Source: Owenia fusiformis (taxonomy: Eukaryota). From it: DNA of 64,000 bases. How positions within the stretch are numbered: the first letter of the stretch is position 1; each line of letters begins with the position of its first letter. The notes beneath the pieces were generated by a model, which saw nothing but the letters and a program-made list of their open reading frames with translations, was not told the origin of the DNA and made no database searches. The stretch covers positions 21,638,001 to 21,702,000 of the forward strand of contig CAIIXF020000001.1 in assembly GCA_903813345.2 (NCBI GenBank). The letters are read 5' to 3'. Below, piece by piece: positions 13,675 through 27,700 of this stretch. The position numbers and the translations under genes were made by a program.

Positions 13675-14727
13675 CAGGGTGTTCCATATGTTTCAGGAAT
13701 GATGCTGTATTTTCTTGGTTTTCTATTCAATCTAGCTGAATTTTTGACAAAATGTGTCCAAATATGTTGTGAATAAGTTGGAAAAGTTTCATATCATGAA
13801 ACTCAGTAGACTGAATAATATGGTTGCTATAGTAACCTAGGGGTAGGGTAGGTGGAGCAGGTGTAACAATGCGCAAAACATGACATTTTTGTAAAAATAG
13901 TAGTTTTTGTATAAAGTGTTCAAAGTATTAATTTGTCATTGTTGCATCAAACTTGTTGGAAATTAAAAAGAATAAAGGTGGATTCCTTGAAATTAAAAAT
14001 GTTATCACACATTTTATTAGCCATCAGTATTATTTCAGCATCTATCCCTTCCGCATTAGATAGCGCTCTCACTGTTCTCGGAAATCCACATTTTGGATAA
14101 TCGGTCTCAGTTTCCCTTCCAGATTTGAACCGCTTGTACCACTCATACACTCAAGAGGTTACCATCATTGAGTCCCCATGTGCATTCGTCAGGAGTTAAA
14201 TTGTGTCTGCTGCAGAAAACTGTTATTCACACATGTCATGTCTTGTCACAAATTGTTGTGTCCAAGGTTTTCCTTTGCTAATAACTTTTTCAATGTTCAA
14301 GATGGCCGCTCATCCAAAATGACCTGTGTTTATTCTCCTTTGTGACTCATGATATGACATGTTTAAATTGGGATGTGATCAAGGGTGATGTCATTTTTTT
14401 ACTTTCTTGGAATCCACCTTCATTTTTGTTTAATTACTGACAAGTTTGATCCAACTCTGACAACCTAATACTTATAGTCACACTTCGTACAAAAAAAAAC
14501 TATTTTTACAAATATTTCATATATTTTACGCGTTGTTACACCTGCTCCACCTACCCTACCCCTAGGTTACTATAGCAACCATATAATTAAGACTACTGAA
14601 CTGCAGGATATGAAACTTTCCCAACTTATTCAAAACATGTTTAGACAGCTTGTGTCAAAATTTCAGTTAGATTGAAAAGAAAACCAATAAAACACAGCAT
14701 CATTCCTGAAACATATGGAACACCCTG
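13675..14727 (-). mobile_element. Mariner/Tc1-derived non-autonomous element with long TIRs and a degraded transposase fragment
   Basis: TA|cagggtgttccatatgtttcaggaatgatgctg ... cagcatcattcctgaaacatatggaacaccctg|TA, with the inverted repeat extending roughly 280 bp. The internal minus-strand peptide VYEWYKRFKSGRETETDYPKCGFPRT resembles the mariner N-terminal HTH/GRP region and has nearby stops. Confidence 0.88.
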
Positions 14728-15640
14728 TATGTTGTAATCCTCCAGTTACATTGGTAAAGCTATCATATACAAGTATGTTGTAATCTTCCAATTAACTTGG
14801 CAAAGCTTATATACAAGTATGTTGCAATCCTCCAGTTATTGGTAAAGCTATTATATACAAGTATCCCAGTTGGCAAAGCTATTATATACAAGTATGTTAT
14901 AATCCTCTAGTTACTGAATCATATACTTTGTTGTAATCCTCCAGTTACCTTGGCAAAGCTATTGTATACAAGTATGTTGTAATCCCCCAGTTAACTTGGT
15001 AAAAGCTATTATATACAAGTACTGTCCTCCAGTAATATTGGTAAAAGCTATTATATACAAGTACTATATGTTATAATCCTCCAGTTATCTTAGCAAAGCT
15101 ATTATATACAAGTATGTTATAATCCTCAAGTTACCTTGGCAAATAGTTTCTTTACAAGTATGTTATAATCCTCCAGTTACCTTGGCAAATAGTTTCTTTA
15201 CAAGTATGATATAATCCTCCAGTTACCTTGGCAAATAGTTTCTTTACAAGTATGTTATAATCCTCCAGTTACCTTGGCAAAGCTATTTTATACAAGTATG
15301 TTGTAATCCTCCAGTTACCTTGGCAAAGCTATTGTATACAAGTATGTTGTAATCCCCCAGTTAACTTGGTAAAAGCTATTATATACAAGTACTGTCCTCC
15401 AGTAATATTGGTAAAAGCTATTATATACAAGAACTGTATGTTATAATCCTCCAGTTATCTTAGCAAAGCTATTATATACAAGTATGTTATAATCCTCAAG
15501 TTACCTTGGCAAATAGTTTCTTTACAAGTATGTTATAATCCTCCAGTTACCTTGGCAAATAGTTTCTTTACAAGTATGTTATAATCCTCCAGTTACCTTG
15601 GCAAAGCTATTTTATACAAGTATGTTGTAATCCTCTACTT
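14728..15640. repeat. Minisatellite, ~45 bp unit (aagtatgttataatcctccagttaccttggcaaagctattatatac), with a ~370-bp higher-order duplication; degenerate units also at 13555-13672
   Basis: Visible tandem copies. The variant series starting at 14931 recurs at 15301. Confidence 0.93.
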
Positions 15641-16650
15641 AATCCTCTACTAGAACTATCCTGTAAATGTATTGAGTAATGAGTCAATCAGCTTCAAAAC
15701 AAGACACTTACCCAGATGGTGCAACTTTCTTGTGTTATCTCTTCAATCCAATCTTCGAATCACCTTTACTGTATTATATTACAAAACAGCATGGAGCAAT
15801 ATTTAATATAAACTGTTACGACCATGTTTGCCCTAACATAGCTATAATTGGCTTTCAAGATAAAACAATAATCTACTAAGGACAGTGTTTCTGTATCCGT
15901 TTCTGTATCCAACAACCTAATAATGTGAAATGCTTTGGTGTAGGCTGTTTCTGATAAGACCTCCCTAACAAGAAAGTTTGTGGTTTTTCTGCATTTTCTC
16001 TCAAGCTGCTATCATATACCCCTAAGTGGGTAAGAAGCCAGTGTAGATGAAGCTCTCTTTTAGAAAAGTGAAATCAGAATATTGAAAAGGGTACAATCAA
16101 ATGCAAAGGAAAAGAAACAAGGAGTACAAACTCAAAACAATGAGTGTTATGTACTTATTTCATTGAATCCAGAGTAACAATGTTTTCTGTTCTTGTGAAT
16201 AAAGTACTAAAATAATATAAAGCATGTGAACATGTTTTAAGGAAAATGCCACAAGTTATGATCATGCTTTTAGTCACACTGTAAGAATGTCGCACATAGG
16301 CTTTTAATATAAACACTTGCAAATGTGAACAATTCTAATCAGTCATAGGAGAATTCTGAAGATGTTAAAATGTTTTATCTGCATGGATTAACTCTAATCT
16401 ATTACCTGTGATATAATAATCCCCATGATCCAGTGTCTTTGAAAGTATCATCCCTTATAATTATGACAAATGTGTAGTATTGTCTAAATTCTCATGCAGG
16501 CAACATATTTTTCACAACATAAATGGGAGAGAGAGGGGGTTGATAGCCACCTCTTGCAATTTAAAATTGTCAGTGGGACATTAAAAGCAATTGTACAATT
16601 GAAAAGCTTGCTGAAAAGGCTCCGAGATAGATAAGCGTTAAATAGATTAG

Positions 16651-16795
16651 AAACAAGGCTATAAAATGCAAAATGTCACCACCTGCCATTTGTTACAGAT
16701 GTCAAATGTCAAACACTGACCACTGAATGCGGAACACCATCCGCCAAAAAGTTGGAAATAATATGTCAACACTGTACTTGTGGTGGTGATATAAA
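16651..16795. mobile_element. Short dispersed HINE-like repeat (aacaaggc...aaaatgtcaccacctgccatttgttacaga...gtggtgatataaa); other copies at ~1313-1400, 12461-12603, 31610-31722 and 41047-41192
   Basis: Five copies share the core caccacctgccatttgttacaga (with variants). Subterminal IR atgtcaccac/gtggtgatat. Confidence 0.7.
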
Positions 16796-18543
16796 AAATT
16801 GGGACCATTTAAACCATCCTATTTTGAAAACGAAATCACCCATCCATTTAGTTTTTACACCAAAAGGTTCAGATAAAATTTGTTGAAAATGGTGCAGCTA
16901 CATTAGAAAAATTGCCCCCTCTGCCTGTATTAAGAAAGTACATCTGACATGCAATATCACTCACAACAAGCAAGTTAGCCATTACTCTATTATATATTGG
17001 ATTTTTGCCTTCGTGAGATGAAATCCTCTATAGGCTACATATTGCCTCCTATTAATGTTCTGGCTACAATCACAAGGCAATATAATTAGATATTAGATTA
17101 TTATGTTTTGCATGCCTCAAGGTTAACAGTGTTGTTTCAACCACACTAATATACAACAATAACAAATTGAAAAATGTATATCCCCTAGGAAAATAGATAG
17201 TAAAGTCATCAACAATAAAGATGATATCATTTTGTATTTATGTTATGGATGACTACACCGAGCAATATGGAAGGCTGTTTATTTCATCAAAATTGTCAAA
17301 GATTAAACGCAAGAATTGTGTTAAAACTCAAATATTCTGCAATTTTTTATTTCTAGCAAATTCCTTCATTTCTTTTAGGAACGTGCTGTTTTGTGGCTCT
17401 TCAAGACAGAGTAGCCCAGGAAAGAGACAACATGTTTAAAACATTGCCCACGAGTACAAAGTATGTTTTATAATTCCATTTATACACACTCAAGAATAAG
17501 ACATGAATAAAGCTGAACATATAATGTAATGAATAAAACACAAAATACTTAATTTTTTTGAAAATATTCTTCATTAGTGCATTCCTTGGCCTCAGCCTGA
17601 AAAACTAGATGTTCCCTTGATGAAAACTCTCCGCATAAACAACATAAAGTTGCATAACTACACTGGTTGAACTACAGCCACTTGAAATATCATTCCCAAT
17701 AACAACAACTACAGGAAAAACTCCAAAAATCTCACACAGGCTGCTTGATAACTTCTGCTATAAAGTATCTTATATGTTGCAAAGGCAAAAGCTTACTTAC
17801 CAGACTAAATATAGCTCAAGATTTGCCTGCCTCTAATCCACCGAATGGTAAATATAAACTAATGATAAGTACTTCAGGTAGGGTACATACATACATTGCA
17901 CGCTACATAACACCAAAAGTACCTGAGAGTTTAGATATATGGATGTCAAATAGGAAAGATAAACATGCGTGTGGGATTATATCAGAAGTTCGTAAAGATC
18001 TTCCCTTGATTGCAGAATTCTTAATGGATTAAAGAAAGTACTATGGATAATTCTGGAGGATCTTGATACTGCAATTGCTGACTTATAAAGTTAGAACAAT
18101 ACATTGATTGGGCACTAACTGACATCATAATATGTATGTATATCAGAATAAGGTGTAGACAATGGCTCTGTATAAGTAAGTACAATATTCTTATATTCAA
18201 CATTATATACACCATGATTGTGAAATTCCCTGCAACCCGATTGGTCCATGTGACTTAAATATATTCTGTATTTACACACTCTCAACTTAGCACGGGATAC
18301 AGAGTGAAAATGACGTCACTGTTGGGATACTGTTCAGTATCCCAGCGTGCCAGATTTCCATTCAGGATATGACTGATACTAAAAAAAATCAAAATGAAAG
18401 TCTGTACTTGTGAAATACAGACTTTTTCAGGTGAAATATTTCCTGTATTTCACTTGAATCAATGAATAACTTAGAGTATTGTAAAACCTGGTGAAACAAA
18501 ATATGTTAATGATATTGTGCAACCATCTCTCCATCAAGGCATC

Positions 18544-20754
18544 ATGATATATACAAATGATTCTGGTTGCAGCTACAGTGCCTCATTACCCAGGGAGGCC
18601 TATGTCAATGATCCAGAAGGTCTGGAACAAGCCTTAAATGACAGGAAAGCACATGGGAAAGATCACTACACACTTGCCAGAGGGCTACAACTTGTAGCAG
18701 AAAAAGGTAAATAAAAATAATATGTGTCATTTACAGATGCAGTGGTCTGGACCTCAAGTTCTCTGTTTCTTAATTCTTATCTTACCAAAAAGGAAGAAAC
18801 AAAGAGTAGATGATGTCTTCAGCCATGCGTTTGGAGGATGAATATGTGTCAATCATACTCAATCAGAGTATAAAGCTATTAATAAATAGTCAATAAACGT
18901 TTCTGCCCCATTAGATAGTCTGACATAAGTTCAAATGTGGAAAAGATAAGTATTATTTTTTCGAAAGATTGTCCTTATTTTTTAAAAAAATAGGCCTCAT
19001 TTTAAGAAAAATAAATAGGTCTAGTCTTCCAAAATAATGTATTTGTCCTCCTCATTGCTTTCTACCCCTTTAAATGATAGATTTTTCAATAACATAAGTT
19101 TGTTTGTCTTGTAGGGTATTTAGAGTGTGTCCTTGTGTTCCTCAGGGCAGGTGCTCTGCCCGATGCTCATGACAGGAGTGGACAAACACCACTGATTCTA
19201 GGTAACAGCTAAGATATGATGAACAATTAACTTATCCTTCTTACATATACCATGACCTTTGGCTGCTTATTCCAAAATGCCAAATGTCAATAGCATCCAC
19301 TGAGCTGAGAAATATAATCAGATAATGCAAGAAAGTATTCTTGTTACAAAGTATAGACAACATTCAAAAATAAAAAATGTGCTTAACAGAGCTATAACAT
19401 CCAAGAAAAAACATACAATGTGTATAAACTTAAAACAAAGTGGTCACTCAGCTTTCCTTAATCATTTCATGAAACTAATATGTGTTCTCCTCTTCCAGCA
19501 TCCATGCAAGGCTATGCTGATATTGTGGAGATCCTAATTCGCAAGGGATGTAATGTCAATAAAATGTGCCACAGAACACGCGCCACTGCCCTACATTGGG
19601 CATCTGCAAATGGCCACCTGGAGTGTGCTGAGCTCCTATTGGATGCTGGAGCCAACCGAGAAGCCAAAACAACCAATGGGAGAACACCTCTTATGATGGC
19701 ATCACGTAATGACCATGATCTAATCCTAGAAATGCTTATAAAAAACAACTGTGATGTCAATGTGTTAGATGTTGAATCTAACTCTGCTCTGCACCTTGCT
19801 GCCATTGATGGTGCCTATGATACTACCAATCTATTGATTAAACATGGATGTAAAGTTGACCAGCCTAATCATTACGGAGATACCCCATTTTTGTTGGCAG
19901 CTAGAGGCGGGCATATTCAGGTGGTAAAGCGTCTGCTCCGTGCAGGATGTGACATTAACAGACGTGGAAGGTATACCTTGAATGCCTTACATTGGGCGTG
20001 TGACAAAGGAGCCACAGAGGTAGCTAGCCTACTCCTTAGTAACATGATTTCCCCGAACTGTGAAACCAAGGATGAAATCTATAGTGGAGACATAGCCATG
20101 GAACGTGGAATGACACCTACAATGTTAGCCTGTCAAAAAGGACACCATAAAATCTTAAAGCTTTTGATTGAAGTTAATGCTAATATACACACCTGTCAGA
20201 ATGGACACTTTTCTGCATTACATTTTGCTTGTAAACATGGTCATACGGAATGTGTGCGTATACTCCTAAACAAGGGAGTCATACCTGAACCCCTTGGAGC
20301 AAGATATGATTCAAACCCTGGGATTATAATATATGAACCAACACCTTTGTTTATTGCTGTAAAGTATAACCATCCTGAGGTGCTGGGGTTGATCCTCCAA
20401 ACAGGGGTCAATCCTGATATCTACTGCTATCACGACAGAACAGGCAAAGCCATGAGTGCATTATATCTAGCCTCCTCACAGGGTCGTGTGAATGCAATCC
20501 TGAAGCTCGTAAAAGCAGGTGCTGATATCACAGTTCTCTTAAAAGACTCCTCGATATCAAGTAGTTTGTTACAGGATGCGGAATTCACTTCGTGGCTAGA
20601 AGAATGGAGGCACAGTCCTATGTCATTGAAGTTTCAGAGTAGAGTTCAAATTCGAAGAACTCTGGGGTATTTTCCCAACAATAAAATTGAAATGTTTCCA
20701 CTTCCAGACTCTATGAAGAAGTATCTACAATTGGCGGAACTCACAGAAGATTAG
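18544..20754 (+). CDS. Ankyrin repeat and SOCS box protein (ASB-like, putative Elongin BC/Cullin E3 substrate receptor), nested antisense in an OSBPL1A-like intron
   Basis: Exons 18544-18706 (G|gtaaat), 19115-19201 (gtag|GG...G|gtaaca) and 19499-20754 (ccag|CA) splice in frame to 1506 nt, about 501 aa. Many ANK repeats (ATALHWASANGH, GRTPLMMASRNDH, GDTPFLLAARGGH, GMTPTMLACQKGH) and a C-terminal SOCS box (SPMSLKFQSRVQIRRTLG...IEMFPLPDSMKKYLQL). AATAAA near 20802 and 21075. Confidence 0.9.
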
Positions 20755-21723
20755 ATAATGTTTGTGTTTATAGAACTGAAGATTCAGAAAGACTATATGC
20801 AAATAAATATTGGTGCATGGTTAAGTTTCTTTCTGTATATTTTACAAACATGAGACAAAAAATTAATTTAAAGAATGTATGGATAAAAAAGTCTTGGGGG
20901 TCAGAAAAAAGAATACCTTATTTCTAAATGTGAACAGTAAATGCGGAAGATATTCTATATGTTGAGATATACTATTTATTAGCTTGGACACTTAACATAA
21001 CATGAATCGATGCTACAAACCCCATTTCTAAATTGTTGATTCAATACATCAATATTGAACCTAATTTTGACATTAATAAAAATCTTGTTTTCTTAATATG
21101 ATGAATCCCTAATGTACATTTACATGCAATGCATATCATAAAATGTGTCTCATTCCTTGAAACAGCTACTTACCAATTTCAACCCTCAACCTGATTAGTA
21201 TTTTCTACATAATGACTGCTAACTGTCATACAAAAACACCTGAGATGATATATTACCATTGGTACATTGCTAAGTTGAAATGGCAGCTAAGTGGTGATAT
21301 GTCATCATTACGATAATTTTGAAGTAAAATATTTCCGATTCATTATCTATCTGTAGAGTTGCTGAATGGAATTCAGTGTAAATCAGAATAAAGTGATGGA
21401 ACCTGTTGTTTGCACTTTACCATAGACAAGAGACAAAGTTACTTCATATGTCGAAGTTCCAAATGCAGAAAATCATGCCTAAGCTTGACCCCTTCACCAT
21501 GTTAAAAATCTGTAATGCACTCTACATCTCTGACACTTGAAGCAATCTCATCATGTTAAAAAGATCATGACATACACATGTACTGTTCATGCTTTTCAGT
21601 GTGATAATAGTATATTACTATTGGAAATTATTGCCAAAAAGAAAACCCGGAATCTCGGAAATCCAAGACAATTTAATACGAGCTCTGATGCATCAATATC
21701 AATACAAGTCTAAGGGGACATAC

Positions 21724-24700
21724 CTTTGTGGTTCCTTTCATCAGACATATTGTTTACTAAGCTTGTAACCATGGCAACTTGTCTCTCTAAAAGCTGTTGA
21801 TGTGCTTGGGATGTCTAGAAAAATACATTCAAAGAAAATGTTTCATGTATGACATTTAAAACAAACCTTCTATGACATCATACAAACAATTAATGATGGT
21901 TGACATGCCAACCATATTGATTATTACAAAATGAATAGTACCTCCTAAAAAGCTGTGCCATTCAAAATTAATCTCCTATATTATTAGATATTACACAAAT
22001 AATTTTTGGTGAATTCCTGTGCATCTTTCACAAAGATGCACGGGTATTCAGCAAAAATAGAATTTAATATTTGTTAATTATTATTATTCACTGTTAATAT
22101 TCCCCACTCTCAATAATGGAATAAAAAACTATTTACAATTGGTATCTAATTTAATAACAATGTAGTGCATATTAATAAATAAATAGAACTCACTCTTGGG
22201 TTTATATAAAATTAGAATTATACTGGACGAACTCAAAGCAAGGCAATATTATTTGACAGTATTTCCTTGTCATGTTTACAGTTGGGCAATATATCTTCTT
22301 ATTTTCTATTCATGTGTAGGACATAGACCAATCAGAGAGTGAGAAATATGACCGCGATATAATAATAATGGATGTCATGACCAATATAGATGACAGGTCA
22401 TAATTGGTCTAATTTTAATAATCTTCATATTTCAAATTCTTAAATCCAAAAGTGGTAGACACAATTCATTTTCCAATTGTTCTGGAACATTAAGTACCTC
22501 TAAACAATAAACGAATTAAAGAACCTCAAAAACTTCAATAAAAAAAGCAAATCCCTGGAGTAGCAAATTCCATCAAACAAATAATATTTTATTAATTCAC
22601 TCATCATTTTGAACATTACAACCAGGCAGTCTTCTTTAAAATCGACCACACTAACATAACATGACGCTATATTACAGATTCCCTCTCAAGTTGAATTCCT
22701 ACTTTATGCCCACATAAGGTATTTTTTATTTATATTTGTTGGTGGAATAATAAATTAAAACCACAAAAGCCTCCTTACTTTACAAAAACATTTTATACAT
22801 TGAATCATTAATGAATCAACAACACATATAAGAAAATACTTACTGTTATTGTCGATTAGGAAATTAAATAAATATTCATACAATATATACATTTATAAGT
22901 TACCTGTAAAGCATCTTGAAGGGAGCCAAGAGGCATGAGATCATCCAGCTCTTCATCATTATTGACACTCCCCTTTCTGGTATAGTATGTGCTAAAGCTG
23001 ATATGCTCTTGTAAGGCATTCAACCATTTCTGGAAAACAAATACAATACATAGACTATACATGTACAGTACATCAAACCAAGGATGCATTGAACTTAGAC
23101 ACAACGTAACACAGTGTGAACACATTGTACACTTGAGTCAATTGAAATGAAGTAATTCCAAAGTAAAACATATGGATATATTCAAAAGAATAGTACAAAG
23201 TCTCGACTAATGGGATAAATTACATGTGCTAGCAAACCCCAACACAAACATGGATATTTGTTTTTAGGCTCAGACAAATTTTCATATGGCCGATATTGTT
23301 GAAGGATGTCTTGTGGACGGAAAGATGGACTATGTAAAACTGGACAGACTAGTGGGTGATTCCATAGGCTCGGGATGTGACCCAACAAAACAGGAAAACA
23401 AACAAACAATTGATTGATTGAATTCTAACCTGTTTTGTTATATGACAGGCTTGTGAGTCAGTGGGATCAACGAGGAAAACATGATGTGTGTCATCTGAGA
23501 AGTTTATCCTTATCTCCCTGGGGTCATCTGCACGCACCTGAAATTTTTTTTTTTCATATTCATGTATTTATCAAAGGTAAATCACCATAAGTAAGATGAA
23601 CCTAACAATGCATTCCATCAAAAATAAGTGAACATTTAAACCTATGTAAATGGGTTGAGAAAAATTATTTTAATATCAGCTGAATGGACAGCTTCTTTCT
23701 CAATGTGGATCCAATGGAGAAATTGAATCAACTCACTTATGTGAGTTGATGTCTCAATATAATAATATCCGGAAAGTGAGTGACTGCAATAAATGCTCAA
23801 TTACATTTGGGTAGGAGAAATAGAAAATTACATTATGTGAGTTGATGTCTTAATATAATAACATCCGTAAAGTGACTGCAATAAATGCTCAACTACATTT
23901 GGGTAGGAGAAAGAGAAAAATGGTATATCAAAATTTAATAAATTTTTCATTTAGACTAAATCGATATACAAAAGAAATTGACAAAATCGATCTGGGAAAT
24001 TGATATGACCTGGTTCCTTACCATAACTTTTGCATCATCCAAGTACTTAAAGCCTTTTCTGTTTGACCCTGTTGTAGCATCAGCCCTAAAGAATTCAAAT
24101 TACAAAATCATTTTTTGTAATTTTATCTGTAATTTTTATTGATTTAGTAGTGAAACTATAAGACTGAATATTTATAGTGACAATTTGGATTATGTCTATG
24201 GTATCACGAAAAATATAATTATTTTGAATATCTCCATAGTAACACTAACAAATACACTACCTTGTCTTGAAGGAAGACATGACACCTCTATCTAAGACAA
24301 CCCACACATACTTCAGTCTAAGTCGTGCTTTCTGAAATAAACCAAAACTTGTAATATACAGTACATACGAAAAATGCATTGATTGTCATGGTGAATACTT
24401 TGAGAAAGAGTGAGATTGCACCAGAAGGATACGGAATCAATAGTCCTGTACAGAATTGATGTGGTCCACAAAATGACTTGCTAGAAGTCACGGATAAAAT
24501 CACGTCCTGAATATCAGTTGAGACTTGTATATTTAACTAGCAATTTGTGACAAACAATGTGCTCCATGGACCCTGTTGTGACGTCATGATTGGAACTCTC
24601 ACTTTACTGAAGTTGGGTTTAACTTTTTGAGATTCTCACAAAATGATTATCACATGTTTGTGATTCTGTGTTCCAAGTTTGAATAAAACCTGGTTGATAG

Positions 24701-27700
24701 AAGTGGAGTTATAGCATTTGTCCCACTACTTATGAATCCCCCTCGTATGTGCATCTATTACTACAGTCTTCACTTGCTTTGCTTATGGCATTCTCAAAGA
24801 TATCTAGCAATATAACTGTATTATTTGTCCTCAGTCAAGACTTTTATTCCTTTTTAGAATTGCTAGGAATTAGAAATAAATATTATATTGTAATTTCTTC
24901 TTCAGACCCATCAACCTGAAGGTAAATAAATTATCAAAATAAACAGGTAAATAAATCGTGTTTTTGCTCACCTTCAATAGTGTACCTTCAAAGCGACAAA
25001 CTTCCTTGAGCAATGTTTGGATTGGCCTAACATCCAGGACACACCTCATGGATGTGCTTTTACACATCATTAGAGCAGTTTGCCCTGGAAACCAAAAATT
25101 ATCAGGGGCCGTGAATTTGTATAATCTCATTAAATTATCTAATGGAGGAGTTATCTTGGAGACTTGACCATTTAATAATAATGCATTTTAGGATTGATCT
25201 GCCCAGATATTAAAGAATAAATCCAAGAAAACTAGACTAAGTGAATATTCACTAGTATTTTGGAATAGCAAGATTTATAATACAGTAGTGATAAAAATGG
25301 CCCCGCTCGTTAATGCTATGTCTTTTGCCATATAAAGGGTAATGAGGAGCTCAAAATTTAGCATTTAATCATACCATCATAATTACCTTTGGCATTTGTT
25401 AGTTTTGGATTAATCCCATTCTGAAAAAGGAGCACTGCAACTTCTTTTCTGTCTCTATAAGCTGCACAATGTAGGGCACTGTTACCAAACTTATCCACAC
25501 AGTTGATGCTAGGCCCGTTGCCATCTTTTAACTACAAAAATATATGATCACTTAATGAAATTATTTCAAAGCATTCTAAATTTCTAAGAGGGAGGGGTGT
25601 TGTATAGGATAGGGTATAAGAGTATCAAAAATACATCACTTTTTATAAGTGTACATCAAAGAACTTAAGACAGAAAATGATGAAAATAATGCAGATAAAA
25701 TTATTTTCTTAAATGATCTAAAAGGCAAAGTCTTAGCCTGTAAATATTACCATGTGCTAGTAAGTTTTTGAGCTGTTACAGATGCTGAAAACCAACTAAT
25801 ATCAATATTCACAAGTTTTTTCATGACATAATTACTTATACCATTTGCTGAAGCTTCTCTGTGTCACCATCTCTTGCGGCTGCCAGGAATTCAACTTCCC
25901 TTTTTCGACACTCATATTGCTCTGCCGCTGGAAAAGTAAATCATAAACAGAAATTATCTACATGTAATACAAATACAGGGTGAGTCAAAAGAACTTCCAC
26001 CTTTTTATCTCATTTTCTTATATTTGTTGGAATCTGTTAAAAATTCATATGTTCATACATTCAATCATGAAGAGTTTGTTAGACAAAGTAAGAGATTATA
26101 TTTTGGGAAGAGTCCATGAAGACAAGGCATTGGACACACATTATACAACACCTTCAAAATATTGTGAGTTCAGGACTTTCACAATTATAGTGAAATCTTA
26201 CTGAATATGTTGTTTTTGAATGATTTTTACAAGAGAGCTTGTCTAGATGGAAAATGAAACCTCTGTCATTGTTTTGATATGCTGTATAAGTAAACAACTG
26301 ATTTATACATTAAACACTATATCTACATATCTTTGGGACCACTCTGTAGAAGTTTAAAAATGAATGTATTCAAATACATATAGTGGCTAAAAATTAACTA
26401 ACTCCAGATTATTAAAGGCATTTTCCAATCTGATTTTGCTGTACATTTATACTGCATGTACACATTTTTGAAGGGTCCAGGGAATTGAACTGTAATGATG
26501 ACAAGTAATAGTAAACTGCAGAATTATCCTTTTCATAACATATTTATTTATATTTAACATTTGGTGCAGTATATCTAAATGTATAATGAACTATGAGTGG
26601 TCCTTACTGACCTTCAATTAACTCTTTGATATCTGTAGTTTTTGCAATATGCTTTGCTCTCTGCCCCTCTGCATTTATGATTGTGACATCAGCATCGTTG
26701 GCAAGCAGTAGCATAACAACCTCAACACGTCCTGTGTATGCAGCTCTATGTAGAGGCGTGTCTCCAACATCATTGGCAATATCTACATCTGCTCCATACT
26801 ACAAGGCAACCATGTATAATAACTCTAAATGCTTTGTAAGAGTGGATGCTTCTCTGATATTGTTCAAGGAAACTAAGTACCGATTGTACTTTCAGCATTG
26901 ATCAACATACGAGTATGCAATTCAGGCATCACTTACCTCCAGTAAAAGTTGAACAACTTCTTTATGACCAAAATAACTGGCAAGAAGTAAAGGGGTCCAA
27001 CCATGGTTTGACTTTGAGGTACCTATATAAAAAAAGTAAAGATTTACATGGTTTTTGGAAATTTTTATTGCAAATGAACAGTGTGAATATGAATACCGTA
27101 TGCACATGCAGTTTGTAAGGTAAAAGCTTCAAATTCAACTGGATCTAAATAGGTGTTTTACAAAATTCGGAATCAAAAAAGGTACTGAAAGTGTCTACCT
27201 TTCTTTAGAGAACACTCCTCTAATAAACTATGTACTTTGAGTTATCAGAACTGAAATTGTTTTGTCCAGCTCAAGGTCAAAACCTGGGTCACAACAGATT
27301 GTTCTGATAGAGTTAACTGAATTTCAGGAACTTGAAATTTGTTAAGGTCAGGGTTAAAAACTAGGGTTGGGAATTGGGATTTGACTTAGTGTAAGTAAAT
27401 ACTTCAATGTAAAACATCAAATTTAAACCTCAGCATATTGCCTTGAAACCAGACTTTCTGAGCTTTTCAGAACTTGAATTGATAATTGATTCCATGAATT
27501 ATACACATTTAAGGGCTACATGTATGCATAACCCTCCTTGATCTCTAATTTGAGTGACTCATTGTAAATAAAAAAAAACCAGCCACAACATAAGTAGAAT
27601 ATAGCAAAGTATGTTTCCTATTCTGAAAAAATGAAACTGATTCTATTAAACAAGGAAGGATTTTAAAAGAAGTGGATTCGATTTCACAATACACTTTACT

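Noticed and set aside
14728-15640. Regular repeats that could look like a CRISPR array
   Set aside because: Head-to-tail units with no unique spacers, eukaryotic context and no cas genes.
19480-19498. ORF-track start MCSPLP for the 424-aa ankyrin ORF
   Set aside because: These bases are the polypyrimidine tract and acceptor; the exon starts at 19499 and joins the upstream exons.
22004-22057. ~25-bp stem-loop resembling a pre-miRNA
   Set aside because: The loop is only ~3 nt and similar palindromes occur in TE relics in this window; there is no other support.
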